This document shows positions 41,375-52,080 of a stretch of DNA of 64,000 nucleotides, in pieces (position 1 is the first letter of the stretch; the number at the start of each line of letters is the position of its first letter). Made by a program: the position numbers and the translations under genes. The notes under the pieces are model-generated. The model saw nothing but the letters and a program-made list of their open reading frames with translations. It was not told the DNA's origin and did no database searches. The stretch is from an uncultured Thermoleophilia bacterium. GTDB taxonomy: Bacteria > Actinomycetota > Thermoleophilia > RBG-16-64-13. The stretch spans positions 2,335-66,334 of the forward strand of contig CAVVNF010000014.1 in NCBI GenBank assembly GCA_963749535.1, given 5' to 3'.

Positions 41375-43340
41375 GGATAGGAGTCTTCGTCTGCCACTGC
41401 GGCAGCAACATCGCGGCCACCGTGGATGTGGAACCCATCGCCAAGAAGGCGCTGGAGTTGAAGGATGTCGTCCACGCGGAAGACATCATGTACACGTGTG
41501 CGGAACCCGGCCAGGCCGCCATCCAGCAGGCCATCAGGGACAAGAAGCTCGACCGCGTGGTCGTGGCGGCATGCTCGCCGCACATGCACGAGGTGACCTT
41601 CCGCGCGCTGCGTGGACAAGGCGCGGCCTCAACCCCTACCTGTTCGAGATGGCCAACATCCGCGAGCACTGCTCCTGGATCCACACCGACATCGCCGTCG
41701 GCCACCGACAAGGCCTGGGACATCATCAAGATGGCCGTGGCCAAGGCCCGCCAGCTCGAGCCGCTCTACGCCAACGAGGTGGAGGTCAACAAGAGCGTGC
41801 TGGTCATCGGCGGAGGCGTCGCCGGCATCCAGGCCGCACTCGACCTGGCCGACGCCGGCCTCAAGGTCGACCATCGTCGAGAAGCAGACCACCATCGGTG
41901 GGGACATGGCCAAGCTCGACAAGACTTTCCCCACTATCGACTGCTCCGCGTGCATCCTCACGCCGCGCATGGTCGACTGCGCCCAGCACGAGAACATCGA
42001 GCTCATGGCCTACTGCGAGGTGGACAAGGTCCAGGGCTACGTGGGCAACTTCACCGTGGACATCCGCAAGAAGGCCTCCATGGTCGACTGGACCAAGTGC
42101 ATCGGCTGCGAGATCTGCGTGCAGAAATGCCCGGCCAAAGCCCCCGACGAGTTCAACGTGGGGCTGGAGCCGACCAAGGCCATCTACATCCCGTTCCCGC
42201 AGGCGGTGCCCAAGCGGGCTGCCATCCAGGTCGACTACTGCCGCTGGTTCACCCAGGGCAAGTGCCGGGTGTGCGAGCGGGTCTGCCCCGCCGACGCCAT
42301 CGACTACGAGCAGAAGGAAGAGATCGTCCAGAAGGAGTTCGGCGCCGTGGTGGTCGCCACCGGGCTCGACGTCTTCGCCTGGGAAGAGCGCTATCACGAG
42401 TACGGTTCCGGCAAGATCAAGGACGTCATCTCCGGGCTGCAGTACGAGCGGATGCTCAATGCCTCCGGCCCCTACGGCGGCCACGTGCACCGGCTCTCCA
42501 ACGGCGAGGATCCCAAGACGGTGGTCTTCATCCAGTGCGTGGGCTCCCGCGACGAGTCCGTCGGCCGGCCGTACTGCTCCAGCGTGTGCTGCATGTACAC
42601 GGCGAAGCAGGCGCTGCTACCAAAGACCACTGCGGCATGGACACCGAGGTCTACGTCTTCTATATCGACATCCGCGCCACGGGCAAGGGCTACGAGGAGT
42701 TCATCAAGCGCGTGCAGACCGAGTTCGGCGTCAAGTACGTCCGGGGCCGCGTCTCGCAAGATCGTACGAGGAGAACGGCAAGGTCATGGTGCGGGGCTCC
42801 GACACCCTGCTGGGCCAGCAGGTGGAGATCGCCGCCGACCTGGTGGTTCTCGCGAGCGGCATCACCGGCTCCGCCGGCGCGGTCGAGCTGGCCCAGATGC
42901 TGAACATCTCCTACGACGAGTTCGGCTTCTTCAAGGAAGGCCATCCGAAGCTGCGCCCGGTAGAGACCAACACCGCCGGCGTGTTCCTGGCCGGCGCGTG
43001 CCAGGCTCCCAAGGACATCCCGGCCACGGTGGCGCAGGCCTCCGGCACCGCGTCCAAGGTCATCGGTCTGCTGGCGAAGGACAAGCTCAAGACCAGTCCC
43101 ATGATCGCGGTGGTGACTCAGAAGAACTGCGTGTCCTGTTGGAAGTGCATCGACGTCTGCCCGTTCAGCGCACCCGAGCGGCAAGAGCTGCGCAACGGTG
43201 ACACGAAGAGCCACGTCATCGAGACCGTGTGCCAGGGCTGCGGCGTCTGCGTGGCTACCTGCCCGGTCAACTGCATCTCGCTGAAGGGCTTCACTACCGA
43301 CGCCCTCCTCGACCAGATGGAAGAAGTCCTCCAATCATAG
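41371..43340 (+). CDS. hdrA: Heterodisulfide reductase-like flavoprotein subunit A, frameshifted
   Basis: IGVFVCHCGSNIA, ACSP, NIREHCSW, IGGGVAG, DKTFPTIDCSACILTP, IQCVGSRD, CSSVCCMY. Confidence 0.93.
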
Positions 43341-43353
43341 AAAGGCGGTGAAG

Positions 43354-43866
43354 ATGGCCGAAGCAACGACATCAAACTAGCGACCGGCACCGCCCCTGGC
43401 GCCGGCTCGAGCGCCGCCCCAGGCGACCGCCCGAGCTGCCGCGGCCGAGCCGGCCGCCGCCCGCGAAGTCAAGATCATCGGCATAGTCTGCAACTGGTGC
43501 AGCTACGCCGGTGCCGACACAGCCGGCGTGGGGCGGTTCCGCCAACCGGTCAATCTGCGCCTGCTGCGGGTTCCATGCACCGGGCGCATCGACCCGCTCT
43601 TCGCCCTCAAGGCGTTCGAGAAGGGTGCGGACGGCGTGCTCATCAGCGGCTGCCACCCCGGCGACTGCCACTACTCCGAAGGCAACTACTACGCCCGGCG
43701 CAAGTTCGAGCTGCTCGAGCGGATGGTCCACTACCTGGGCATCCCCAAAGAGCGCTTCAAGTGGACCTGGGTCTCGGCTTCCGAGGGCCAGCGCTGGCAA
43801 AAAGTGGTCACCGAATTCGTGAACGGCGTGCAGGCGCTCGGTCCCCGCGAAGGGAGGGCCCTGTGA
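43354..43866 (+). CDS. flxD: MvhD-like [2Fe-2S] subunit FlxD, frameshifted
   Basis: CNWCSYAGAD, RVPCTGRID, GCHPGDCHY, WVSASEG. Confidence 0.88.
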
Positions 43867-44834
43867 GCCGGCAAGACCATATCCAGGAGCTGGCGAAGGC
43901 CGCCCTCGCCGACGGGCCGGGTGGACTACGTGATCGGCTGGAAGAGCGGCTTCAACAACTTCGAGGTGGTGCCGGCGTTCGTCAAGGACCCGGCGGAGGT
44001 CGGACCAACTGCTCTGGAACCCGCTCTGCGCCCACAACCTCACCACCTTCCTCAAGCGCAAGATGCCCGACCCGCCGGATGCCAAGATCGGCATCTGCGT
44101 GAAGGGCTGCGATAGCCGCACGCTGGTGGCTCTGCTCCAGGAAGAGCTGGTGGACAAAAGCAAGCTGTACGTGATCGGCGTGCCCTGCGACGGCATCGTC
44201 GACCGGCGCAAGCTGGAGAAGGAGTTCGCGGACGAGATCGTGGACGCGGTCTTCTCGCGACGGCACGGTGAAGCTCACCACCCGGAAAGGCGAGAGCAAG
44301 GATTTAGCGAAAGAATCCGTCCTGCTCGACGTCTGCAAGACGTGCCGCTACCCCAACCCGGTGTACGCGGACGACATGGCCGGCGACAAGGTCGCCGAGC
44401 CCGACTACAAGCACAGCGTGCCCGACTGGAGCGACATCGCCGACTACGAGGCCCTCTCCGACGACGAGCGCCAGGCTTTGCTCGAGAAGATCTACGCCAC
44501 GTGCATCCGCTGCTTCGCGTGCATCAACGTATGCCCGGTGTGCTACTGCTGGGACCAGTGCGTGAACCGCGCGCGGCAGCCGGAACTGGTCACGCAGAAG
44601 GTGGGCGCCAAAGAGAACCTCATGTTCCAGATGGTGCACATGTTCCACGTCGCCGGCCGTTGCCCGTCGTGCGGTGCGTGCGACCGGGCCTGTCCGGTGG
44701 AGATACCGCTGGCCATGCTCCATCGCAAGATGAACAAGGAGATCTACGAGATGTTCGGCTTCGAGCCCGGCACCAAGCTCGACGAGAAGCCCGTGTTCCA
44801 GGTGTTCAAGATCGAAGACCATTTCGGCGACTAG
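43863..44834 (+). CDS. flxC: 4Fe-4S subunit FlxC, frameshifted
   Basis: KGCDSR, CIRCFACINVCPVCYC, HVAGRCPSCGACDRACP. Confidence 0.85.
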
Positions 44835-44846
44835 GGAGGAGGGACG

Positions 44847-46052
44847 ATGGCGATCAAATTCTTGGAGCAAGATCAGCTGGCGGCCTTCCTGGGCTATCTG
44901 GCCGAGAAGGCTCGCGTCGTGGTGCCGGTCAAGGAGCAGGGCGTCGTGGCGTTCACGCCGTGGACGCCGGGTATGGATGTGGAATTGGACGTGCTGCTGG
45001 CAAAGCAGTCGCCCAAGGAGTTCGTGTTCCGGCAGACCGAGACCTACCTCAAGTTCGACTATCACATGGAGGCTCCGGGACCGGCCAGCCGGCGGTGAGC
45101 GAGGCCGCCGGCGCCGAAGGCGTGACGACCGGCACCGAGGGCGCGACGGCTGGTACCCGCGACGGCCGAGCCGGCAATCCCCTACGAGACGGTGGATGTA
45201 GAGCCCGTCGTCGAAGCGGTGGACCAGGTGATCTTCGGCCTGCGGCCGTGCGACGCCCGCGGCTTCGTCCAGATGGACAACGTGTTCGGGGGTTACGGAG
45301 GGTTCTACTTCGATCCGCTGTACAACGCCAAGCGCGAGGCCACGACGCTGCTCGCCGTGACGTGCCGCGACCCGCGCTCTACCTGCTTCTGCACGGCCAT
45401 CGGCGGCAGCCCGGCCGGCACCGAAGGCGTGGACGCGCTGTTCACCCAGGTGGAAGGCGGTTTCACCGCCGAGGCACTGACGCCCAAAGGCGAGGAAGTC
45501 CTGGCCTATCCGGGCTTCACAAGCGCGTCCGACGCGCAGGAAGCGGAGGACGCGAAGGTCAAGGAGTCGGCGCTGGCCCGGATGGACATGCCGTTCACCC
45601 TCGCCGGCATCCGCGACAACCTCAAGGCCAACTTCGAGGGCCAAGGCTGGCACGACCTGTGCATGCGTTGCATCTCCTGCGGCACCTGCACGTATGTCTG
45701 CCCCAACTGCTACTGCTTCAGCGTCAACGACGAGCTGGTCGAGAGCCGGGGCGAGCGCTACCGGGTGTGGGACAACTGCTTCAATCCGCTCTACACCGAG
45801 GAGACCTCCGGCCACAACCCGCGGATGGCCAAGTCCAACCGCTTCCGCAACCGCTTCAGCCACAAGTTCTGGTACTACCCGGACAAATACGACAGCCTGC
45901 TGTGCTCCGGCTGCGGACGCTGCGTCTCTCATTGCCCCACGCGGATCGACATCCGTGAGGTGCTCCGGGTGATGGGCTCGCCGGCGCGCGGCCCGAGCGG
46001 CCGCTCCACGGACGCGGCCGTGCCTCAGACCGCGGAAGGGAAGGAGGCGTAG
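44847..46052 (+). CDS. flxB: AsrA-like 4Fe-4S subunit FlxB, frameshifted
   Basis: GLRPCD, TCFC, CISCGTCTYVCPNCYCF, CSGCGRCVSHCP. Confidence 0.87.
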
Positions 46053-46960
46053 ATGGCTGACAACGGCAAGACCCGTCTCACCTCCGCCGACGTCGTCGCC
46101 GGGCGCGAGCACCGCGCGGGCCGGCAAGCTCGGCGGCAACCCGTACCTGCCCGAAGTGGCCACGGTCGTCCGGATCATCCAGGAGACGCCCAACATCAAG
46201 ACCTTCCGCATGCGCTTCGCCGATCCCCAGGTGCAGGAGAGCTTCACCTTCCTGCCCGGGCAGGTGGGGCAGTTCGGCGTCTTCGGCGTGGGCGAGGCGA
46301 CCTTCGCCATCACCTCCAAACCGTCAGAGAAGGAGTTCATCCAGTTCTCGGTGATGAAGGCCGGCGAGGTCACCTCCGCCATCCACAACCTCTCCGAGGG
46401 CGACAAGGTGGGCATCCGCGCCCCCATGGGCTGCGGCTTCCCGGTGGAGGCGTGGAAGGGCAAGAAGATCCTCTACGTCATGGGCGGCATCGGCTCGGCG
46501 GCCCTCAAGGCCACCATCGAGTACACGCTGGAGCATCGCGCCGACTACGCGGGCATCTCCATCCTCTACGGCGCGACGGCGCCGGATAACTTCACCTACC
46601 AGTACGACATCGACGAGTGGCAGAAGCGCAGCGACATCGACCTCACGCTCACCATCGACCGCGAGTGCGACGGCTGGCAGTGCGACGTGGGCCTGGTGCC
46701 GCACGTGCTCGAGCGCATGAACCCGAATCCCGACAACACCATCGCCATCACCTGCGGTCCGCCGATCATGATCAAGTTCGCGCTGGCGAGCTTCAGGAAG
46801 CTGGGCTTCACGCGACGAGCAGACCTACACGACGCTGGAGAAACGCATGAAATGCGGCATCGGCATCTGCGGCCGCTGCAACGTCGGGCCGAAGTACGTC
46901 TGTGTGGACGGGCCGGTGTTCTCGCTGGCCGAGCTGGGGGAGCTGCCGGACGAGCTGTAG
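46053..46960 (+). CDS. flxA: FAD/NAD(P)-binding [2Fe-2S] subunit FlxA, frameshifted
   Basis: FLPGQ, RAPMGCGF, GGIG, CGPPIM, MKCGIGICGRC, CVDGPVF. Confidence 0.9.
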
Positions 46961-47015
46961 CGAGACGGCCGAACCAGACCTGAGGGGCGCGAAGCGCCCG
47001 ACAAAACCTGGAAAC

Positions 47016-47068
47016 GCTTTGGACAAGATCTTGTGTTGTTTCTTCTGGGGGCGCCGAAAGGCGCCCCC
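47016..47068. repeat. Repeated element copy 1: GCTTTGGACAA...TTCTGGGGGCGCCGAAAGGCGCCCCC
   Basis: Perfect 9-bp stem with GAAA loop; similar to copy at 49481-49524. Confidence 0.6.
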
Positions 47069-47122
47069 TCCCCATCTTGATCCGCCAACTCCGAGGTGCA
47101 TCAATTATGATACACCTCGCCC

Positions 47123-47355
47123 ATGAGCAGACGGCCCAGTACGGGTGGCCTCTCGGAATGCCGCTCGTCCGCAAGATCGAGCCCGGGTTGTGGGAGGTTC
47201 GGTCTGATTTGGCAAGCGGGATCCCGCGGGTGTTATTCACGGTCGAGGGTGGAACGTTAGTTCTGTTGCACGGATTCACAAAGAAATCGCAGAAGATGCC
47301 AGCGGTCGAGCTGAAGACGGCCCGGCAAAGGCTCGCTGGCCTGCGAGAGGAGTGA
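47123..47355 (+). pseudogene. RelE/HigB-like (Gp49-type) toxin, apparently 5'-truncated
   Basis: QYGWPLGMPLVRK, LWEVR, LLHGFTKKSQK; usual N-terminal segment not seen. Confidence 0.65.
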
Positions 47356-47645
47356 TTGGGATGAAGAAAGCACGCATCGGAGGCGACTTCGACGACTTCT
47401 TGAGTGACGAGGGCCTTCTTGACGACGCGGAGGCAGTTGCCGCCAAGCGCGTGATCGCCTTCCAGATCTCGCAAGAAATGGAGCGGTGCAATCTCAGCAA
47501 GTCGGAGATGGCCCACCGGATGCGAACTAGCAGACCAGCCCTTGATCGTCTTCTTGACCCCACGAATCCGTCGGTTACGCTCTCTACTCTGGAGCGCGCA
47601 GCAACAGCGGTGGGCAAGCGACTCAAGATCGAACTCTCGGCTTAG
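47352..47645 (+). CDS. XRE-family HTH antitoxin
   Basis: IGGDFDDFL, SKSEMAHRMRTSRPALDRLLDP, TLSTLERAA. Confidence 0.85.
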   Translation: MIGMKKARIGGDFDDFLSDEGLLDDAEAVAAKRVIAFQISQEMERCNLSKSEMAHRMRTSRPALDRLLDPTNPSVTLSTLERAATAVGKRLKIELSA

Positions 47646-47789
47646 CGGGGACTCACCTCTGCGGGAGTCGCGTGCGGATCCACGCAAAGACGGGGGCCAT
47701 CTTGGTCGCCAGTCTCCAGCCGAAGCCGCATCTCGTCCGAACGCGCTTCCGCGAGAATCGGCCAAGCCCCATCCCTTCCACCATAACGC

Positions 47790-47818
47790 TTGACGTATAA
47801 CGCTACACGTTATAGGAT
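47790..47818 (+). promoter_or_regulatory. higBA promoter with palindromic operator; probable leaderless start
   Basis: TTGACG-17-TAGGAT; palindrome TATAACG-ctaca-CGTTATA between the two hexamers; GTG start 7 nt after the -10. Confidence 0.7.
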
Positions 47819-47824
47819 CACTGC

Positions 47825-48106
47825 GTGATCAAGTCGGTCGCCGACGCCGAGACCGAAAAGGTGTTCCGGCGGGAGTTCTCGCAGAGGCTAGCGGGCGACA
47901 TCCAATCGATCGCATTGCGCAAGCTGCGAATGTTGAACAGCGCGCAGACGGTCAACGACCTTCGCAGTCCTCCTGCCAACCGGCTTGAGAAGTTGAGCTG
48001 ACGGCGCGAAGGCCACTACAGCATCCGTATCAACGACCAATGGCGGGTATGTTTCGCGTGGCGCGACGGCGACGCATACGACGTCGAGATCGTCGACTAC
48101 CACTGA
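47825..48106 (+). pseudogene. higB: HigB toxin with in-frame TGA at codon 59
   Basis: VIKSVAD...[34 protein letters not shown]...IVDYH; TGA at 47999-48001. Confidence 0.85.
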
Positions 48107-48119
48107 AAGCATGGTGATC

Positions 48120-48425
48120 ATGGCCACAAACAAACTCGCGCCGGTCCACCCGGGCGAAGTGCTCTTGGAGGAGTTCCTCAAACCGTTCGAGCTCAGCCAG
48201 AACCGGCTCGCGATCAGCATCGGCGTACCCCCGCGTCGCATCAACGAGATCGTTCTGGGCAAGCGTCGTGTGACGGCCGACACTGCGCTTCGGCTCGGGC
48301 GCTATTTCGACACTAAGCCGCAGTTCTGGCTTGGGCTCCAGGCGGACTACGATCTCGACGTGGCGGCGGACGCGCTCGGGGAACGCTTGGACCTTGAGGT
48401 CCGGACACGGGCCGTAGCGAACTAG
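48120..48425 (+). CDS. higA: HigA antitoxin
   Basis: PVHPGEVLLEEFLKP, RINEIVLGKRRVTADTALRL, FWLGLQADYDL. Confidence 0.93.
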   Translation: MATNKLAPVHPGEVLLEEFLKPFELSQNRLAISIGVPPRRINEIVLGKRRVTADTALRLGRYFDTKPQFWLGLQADYDLDVAADALGERLDLEVRTRAVAN

Positions 48426-48581
48426 CTCTCGTCTCTACCACGGTCCGAGAGGACTCGCGGCGCCTGCTTTGGGGTAGAACGCACGAAAGCGCTCTTGGTC
48501 AATCGCAGCTCCAGGCAGAATCGGCACGGTGGCGGTGACCCCCACTTATCAAAGCCTCGTGACTAAGGAAGAGAAACGGAC

Positions 48582-48980
48582 ATGGAGAAGAGCGGGTCGC
48601 AGGAAAGCAAGTCTCCTTCTCAGCTGATAGACGCGAGAATCGAGGAGTTAGGCGACTGGCGGGGCAATATGCTCAGCCGGCTCCGTGCCTTAGTCAAGGA
48701 AGCCGATCCGGAATTCGTCGAGGAGTGGAAGTGGAGAGGGGTTCCGGCGTGGTATCACGACGGATTGGTCTGCACAGGCGAGACATACAAGAACGTCGTG
48801 AAGATGACCTTCGCCAAAGGGGCGGCTCTGAAGGATCCTTCGGGCCTCTTCAACTCCAGTCTTGACGGGAACACGAGGCGTGCCATCGACTTCCACGAGG
48901 GCGAGAAGATAGACGAGGAGGCGTTGAAGATTCTCGTTCGCGCCGCCGTGGCTCTGAACAAGTCCACAGCCCAGAGCTAA
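48582..48980 (+). CDS. DUF1801/YdhG-like protein
   Basis: LGDWRG, EEWKW, KMTFAKGAALKDPSGLFNSSLDGNTRRAID. Confidence 0.85.
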   Translation: MEKSGSQESKSPSQLIDARIEELGDWRGNMLSRLRALVKEADPEFVEEWKWRGVPAWYHDGLVCTGETYKNVVKMTFAKGAALKDPSGLFNSSLDGNTRRAIDFHEGEKIDEEALKILVRAAVALNKSTAQS

Positions 48981-49062
48981 TCCACGGGATGGGGATAGGT
49001 CGCATGGCCGGCCTTTCGACGCCTAACAGGCGCATCTAGCGGGTGGCCGGAGGTCGATCAGT

Positions 49063-49362
49063 GCGACGACCGTCACTACGATCCACTACCTCGCCTCAAA
49101 AGCGGTAGGTACCGCGGCGGCTGCGGACCACGTGCGCGTGCTCCTGGCGATATTCGACGTGGCGGGCGTCGACCGGGAAGTCTTGCCTGGTGCCCTCGAC
49201 ACAGGCTTTCCCGACTACGAAGACGCCGCCTTGCACGAGGCGGCGTGCGCGGCTGGCGCGGCCGCCATAGTCACCCACAACGGCAAGGACTTCTCACGCT
49301 CGCTGCTTCCGGTATCCGATCCGCCAGAGCTGCTGGCGGCCGTGCGGGCTGGCTCAGAATGA
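49063..49362 (+). pseudogene. PIN-domain toxin remnant lacking N-terminus
   Basis: TTVTTIHYL...DYEDAALHEAA...IVTHNGKDF; first catalytic Asp segment absent. Confidence 0.7.
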
Positions 49363-49480
49363 TCGGCGGCATTCCTGGCCAAGCGGATCAAGCAGGCTCC
49401 GAGCCTCGCAGGATAGACTGATCCTGTCATTCTGAAACGAGCTCTAGGCCGTGCCCGAGCGCGGCGTGAACCACGCGAAG

Positions 49481-49524
49481 GCTTTGGGCAAATCCTTGTC
49501 CTTTCTGGAGGCGCCGAAAGGCGC
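49481..49524. repeat. Repeated element copy 2: GCTTTGGGCAA...TTCTGGAGGCGCCGAAAGGCGC
   Basis: Similar to 47016-47068. Confidence 0.6.
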
Positions 49525-49584
49525 TACCGTTGTCTCTTCCGGCGCCGATGCCGTGTCCGGCGGAACCTGTGTTACATTCCGTCA

Positions 49585-49926
49585 ATGAAGATCATCGACA
49601 GGCCCTTTTCTCTAGAGGAACTGGAACGCATGGCCGAGAGTGGGTTCGGGAACCTGGTCAAGGCTGTCGTGGACATCGAACGGGGCATTATGGCAGTCGA
49701 CGGCGAGCTTCACGCCGACGAAGAGGCACTTCTCCTCGAGCACGGTTCCGAGCAGCGGCATCTGTGGGGGATCAACATCTACCCCGGCCTACCAAAGGGC
49801 GAACGGATCGAGTTTGATTCCATGATCAACATCCGACCTTCCCAGGGCAATCGCTCGCGGGGGGTCGATGATCCCGTCGTCCGGGACATCATCATCCGCG
49901 TGGTGGATGGGCTGATCGGTCCGTGA
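49585..49926 (+). CDS. DUF5674-like protein
   Basis: VKAVVDIERGIMAVDGELHADEE, LWGINIYP, IEFDSMINIRPSQGNRSR. Confidence 0.75.
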   Translation: MKIIDRPFSLEELERMAESGFGNLVKAVVDIERGIMAVDGELHADEEALLLEHGSEQRHLWGINIYPGLPKGERIEFDSMINIRPSQGNRSRGVDDPVVRDIIIRVVDGLIGP

Positions 49927-50288
49927 GTTGCCACCATCCAGAATTGGCTGCCGGCCGGTGGCAGTCCTTTTCGCTTTCCGAGCAATTGGCGAATGTGGGC
50001 AGCGAGGCGGAACGGGCGCTTAGCTGGGCTTCGAAGGGCAACCCCAAATACAGCACCATGGCCCTTGAGCGCGGGCTCGAACTGCTGGATCTGACTATTG
50101 CGGACCCCAAGCATCGCTGCCGTCTGAAGGAACTGACGCGGTTGCGCGAGGTCCTCTTGGACTATTTCGTGGGAGAGAACCGATACGGCTCCTCGGAGGA
50201 GACTTGGCGAAGTTACTTCGGCGCCTATGGCACGGCCGTGGCTCTCAAGAAGCAGGCGGCAGCTTTGTCAGCTGACTCGGCTCGCTGA
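49923..50288 (+). CDS. Helical hypothetical protein coupled to the DUF5674-like gene
   Basis: GTGA overlap; EQLANVGSEAERA, ELTRLREVLLDYF. Confidence 0.7.
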   Translation: MSCHHPELAAGRWQSFSLSEQLANVGSEAERALSWASKGNPKYSTMALERGLELLDLTIADPKHRCRLKELTRLREVLLDYFVGENRYGSSEETWRSYFGAYGTAVALKKQAAALSADSAR

Positions 50289-50422
50289 CCGTGGCGAGCC
50301 CCGGCGCGGCGCGCGGCCGCCGCGCCATAAACGCGGACCAGAATTTCGCCTGGTGTTTGAGCGGGTCGCCCGCGCCCCCTCTGTTACCATGAACGCGTCG
50401 TTTCCACGAGGAGGGACCCATC

Positions 50423-51316
50423 ATGCCGCTCAGCTACAAAGTCTTTCTGCACAGCCATTCCGGCTTCAACAGCACCTCCACCCTGTTCTACGGGGAGAAG
50501 GATGCCGTCCTCATCGACGCGTGCCAGCTCCTGAGCGACGCCCATCGGCTGGCCGCCGAGCTGCTGCTCACGGGTAAGAATCTCACCCATATCTACGTCT
50601 CGCATTTCCACCCCGACCATCACTTCGGCCTGGGAGTGTTGCAGTACGCGTACCCCAACGCCCGGATCGTCGCCTTGCCCAGCGTGGTCAAGGACATCGT
50701 CTTCACCACCAACGACAAGATCTTCATGTGGGGCGGCTTCTTCGGCAAGAACGAGCCCGATAAGGTGGTCTTCCCCATGCCGCTCGTCGATGCCCGCCTC
50801 GAGCTGGAAGGCCACGAGCTGCAGTTCTCCGACAATTGGGAGGGAGACAGCGCGAACAACAGCGTGGTATGGGTGCCTTCGTTGGGCGTCGCCTGTGCCA
50901 CCGACGTCGCCTTCATCGACTGCCATCTGTGGACCGCCGAAAGCGACGCCACCCGGCGCGTGAAGTGGAGGGAATCCATCCGCAAGCTGGGCGATTTCGG
51001 CGCCCGAGTCGTCGTCCCCGGCCACTGCAGCCCCGAGACTTTGCACCTGGAAGGCACGGGGTGCATCGACTTCTCGCTCAAGTACCTCGATGTGTACGAG
51101 GACGTGCTCTCCAAAGCCAAGACCGGTGAAGAACTGGTAGCGGGCATGGAGCGGCACTATCCGGGGATGAAGGCCGAAGACTTCGGCGTGCAGTGGCAGG
51201 CCCGACTGCTGTTTCCCAGGAGTTGCCCCGATTGGTTCGCCAAGCTGCCGGGCAAGCCTGGAGAGATCTTCCTCGACCCGAGCGGAAAATACATCGGCGA
51301 GCCTCCAAGGGAGTAA
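50423..51316 (+). CDS. MBL-fold metallo-hydrolase
   Basis: VLID, SHFHPDH, VVPGH; RBS GAGGAGG. Confidence 0.88.
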   Translation: MPLSYKVFLHSHSGFNSTSTLFYGEKDAVLIDACQLLSDAHRLAAELLLTGKNLTHIYVSHFHPDHHFGLGVLQYAYPNARIVALPSVVKDIVFTTNDKIFMWGGFFGKNEPDKVVFPMPLVDARLELEGHELQFSDNWEGDSANNSVVWVPSLGVACATDVAFIDCHLWTAESDATRRVKWRESIRKLGDFGARVVVPGHCSPETLHLEGTGCIDFSLKYLDVYEDVLSKAKTGEELVAGMERHYPGMKAEDFGVQWQARLLFPRSCPDWFAKLPGKPGEIFLDPSGKYIGEPPRE

Positions 51317-51499
51317 GGTGCGGGACTGGCCAGGCGCCCTCGACCTCGAGCCCGACCTCGCCCCGGGGTGCGCCGCCACGAGAGGGTCGAATTCCGGCTT
51401 TGGTGCCATCTGTCGCTGCGAGACCGGGTGGGGTCGCCAGATGCCGGAGCTTCGCGCGGGTGGCGCGGCGTTGGGCTCTCCGCCCGGGCAGCCGAGTGA

Positions 51500-51930
51500 C
51501 GCGGGTCTTGCCGGCGGAGATGATCGTGGGCATGTTCTCCGACCGCATCGGCCGGGGGCGTGCGATCGCCGTGGCCTGCCTGCTCGATGCTCTCGCCGCC
51601 TTCCTGCTCACCTTCTGGCCCAGCCTGCCCGTGTTGGTCATCGCCTCGGCGATCTTCGGCGTGAGCGCCTTCGGCATACCGGGCTTGGTGGGGGCGGCCT
51701 GTGGGGATGAGTTTGGAGCTATGCTTGCCACTGCGTCGCTCGGTTTCGTGACGATCTTCATCGGCGTGGGCCAGGGCGTAGGCCCGTACGTGGGTGGGAG
51801 GATGGAGGACGCCTTTTCCTCTCTGGGACCGTCCTACCTGCTCTCTGCCGGACTGTTCGTCGCGGCGGCCTTGTCGGCGTTGTTCCTTCGCCGAGGGAGC
51901 CCGGCGCAAAGCGTCGCCGAATGCGATTGA
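51500..51930 (+). pseudogene. MFS transporter C-terminal remnant
   Basis: GMFSDRIGRGR, GVGQGVGPYVGG; only about four TM helices, N-terminal part missing. Confidence 0.65.
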
Positions 51931-52023
51931 CTCCGTCACGCAAGTGGTCTAGGGTACGGGCCACCCGGAGCAGACCCGGCGGTCGGCTGGGCGCCGGTCT
52001 GGGTGGGCCCGGCGGTTCGAGGG

Positions 52024-52055
52024 TTGACTCCCGTTTTTGGTTAGTGTACGCTAAC
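52024..52055 (+). promoter_or_regulatory. Promoter of acp operon with operator palindrome over the -10
   Basis: TTGACT-17-TACGCT; GTTAGTGTACGCTAAC (52040-52055, 14/16 palindromic). Confidence 0.65.
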
Positions 52056-52080
52056 TAGCAATCGCACGAAGGGAGACCTG

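Noticed and set aside
23932-46463. Long antisense ORFs (23932..25635, 29356..31248, 31608..32876, 44304..46463)
   Set aside because: Shadow frames of high-GC plus-strand genes, with no recognisable motifs
39764-46960. Evidence for methanogenesis or sulfate reduction
   Set aside because: Hdr-Flx is widespread in anaerobic bacteria; no mcr, dsr or apr genes are in the window
47999-48001. Selenocysteine readthrough of the in-frame TGA in higB
   Set aside because: The position aligns with Gly, not Cys; HdrA and FlxD here use ordinary Cys codons
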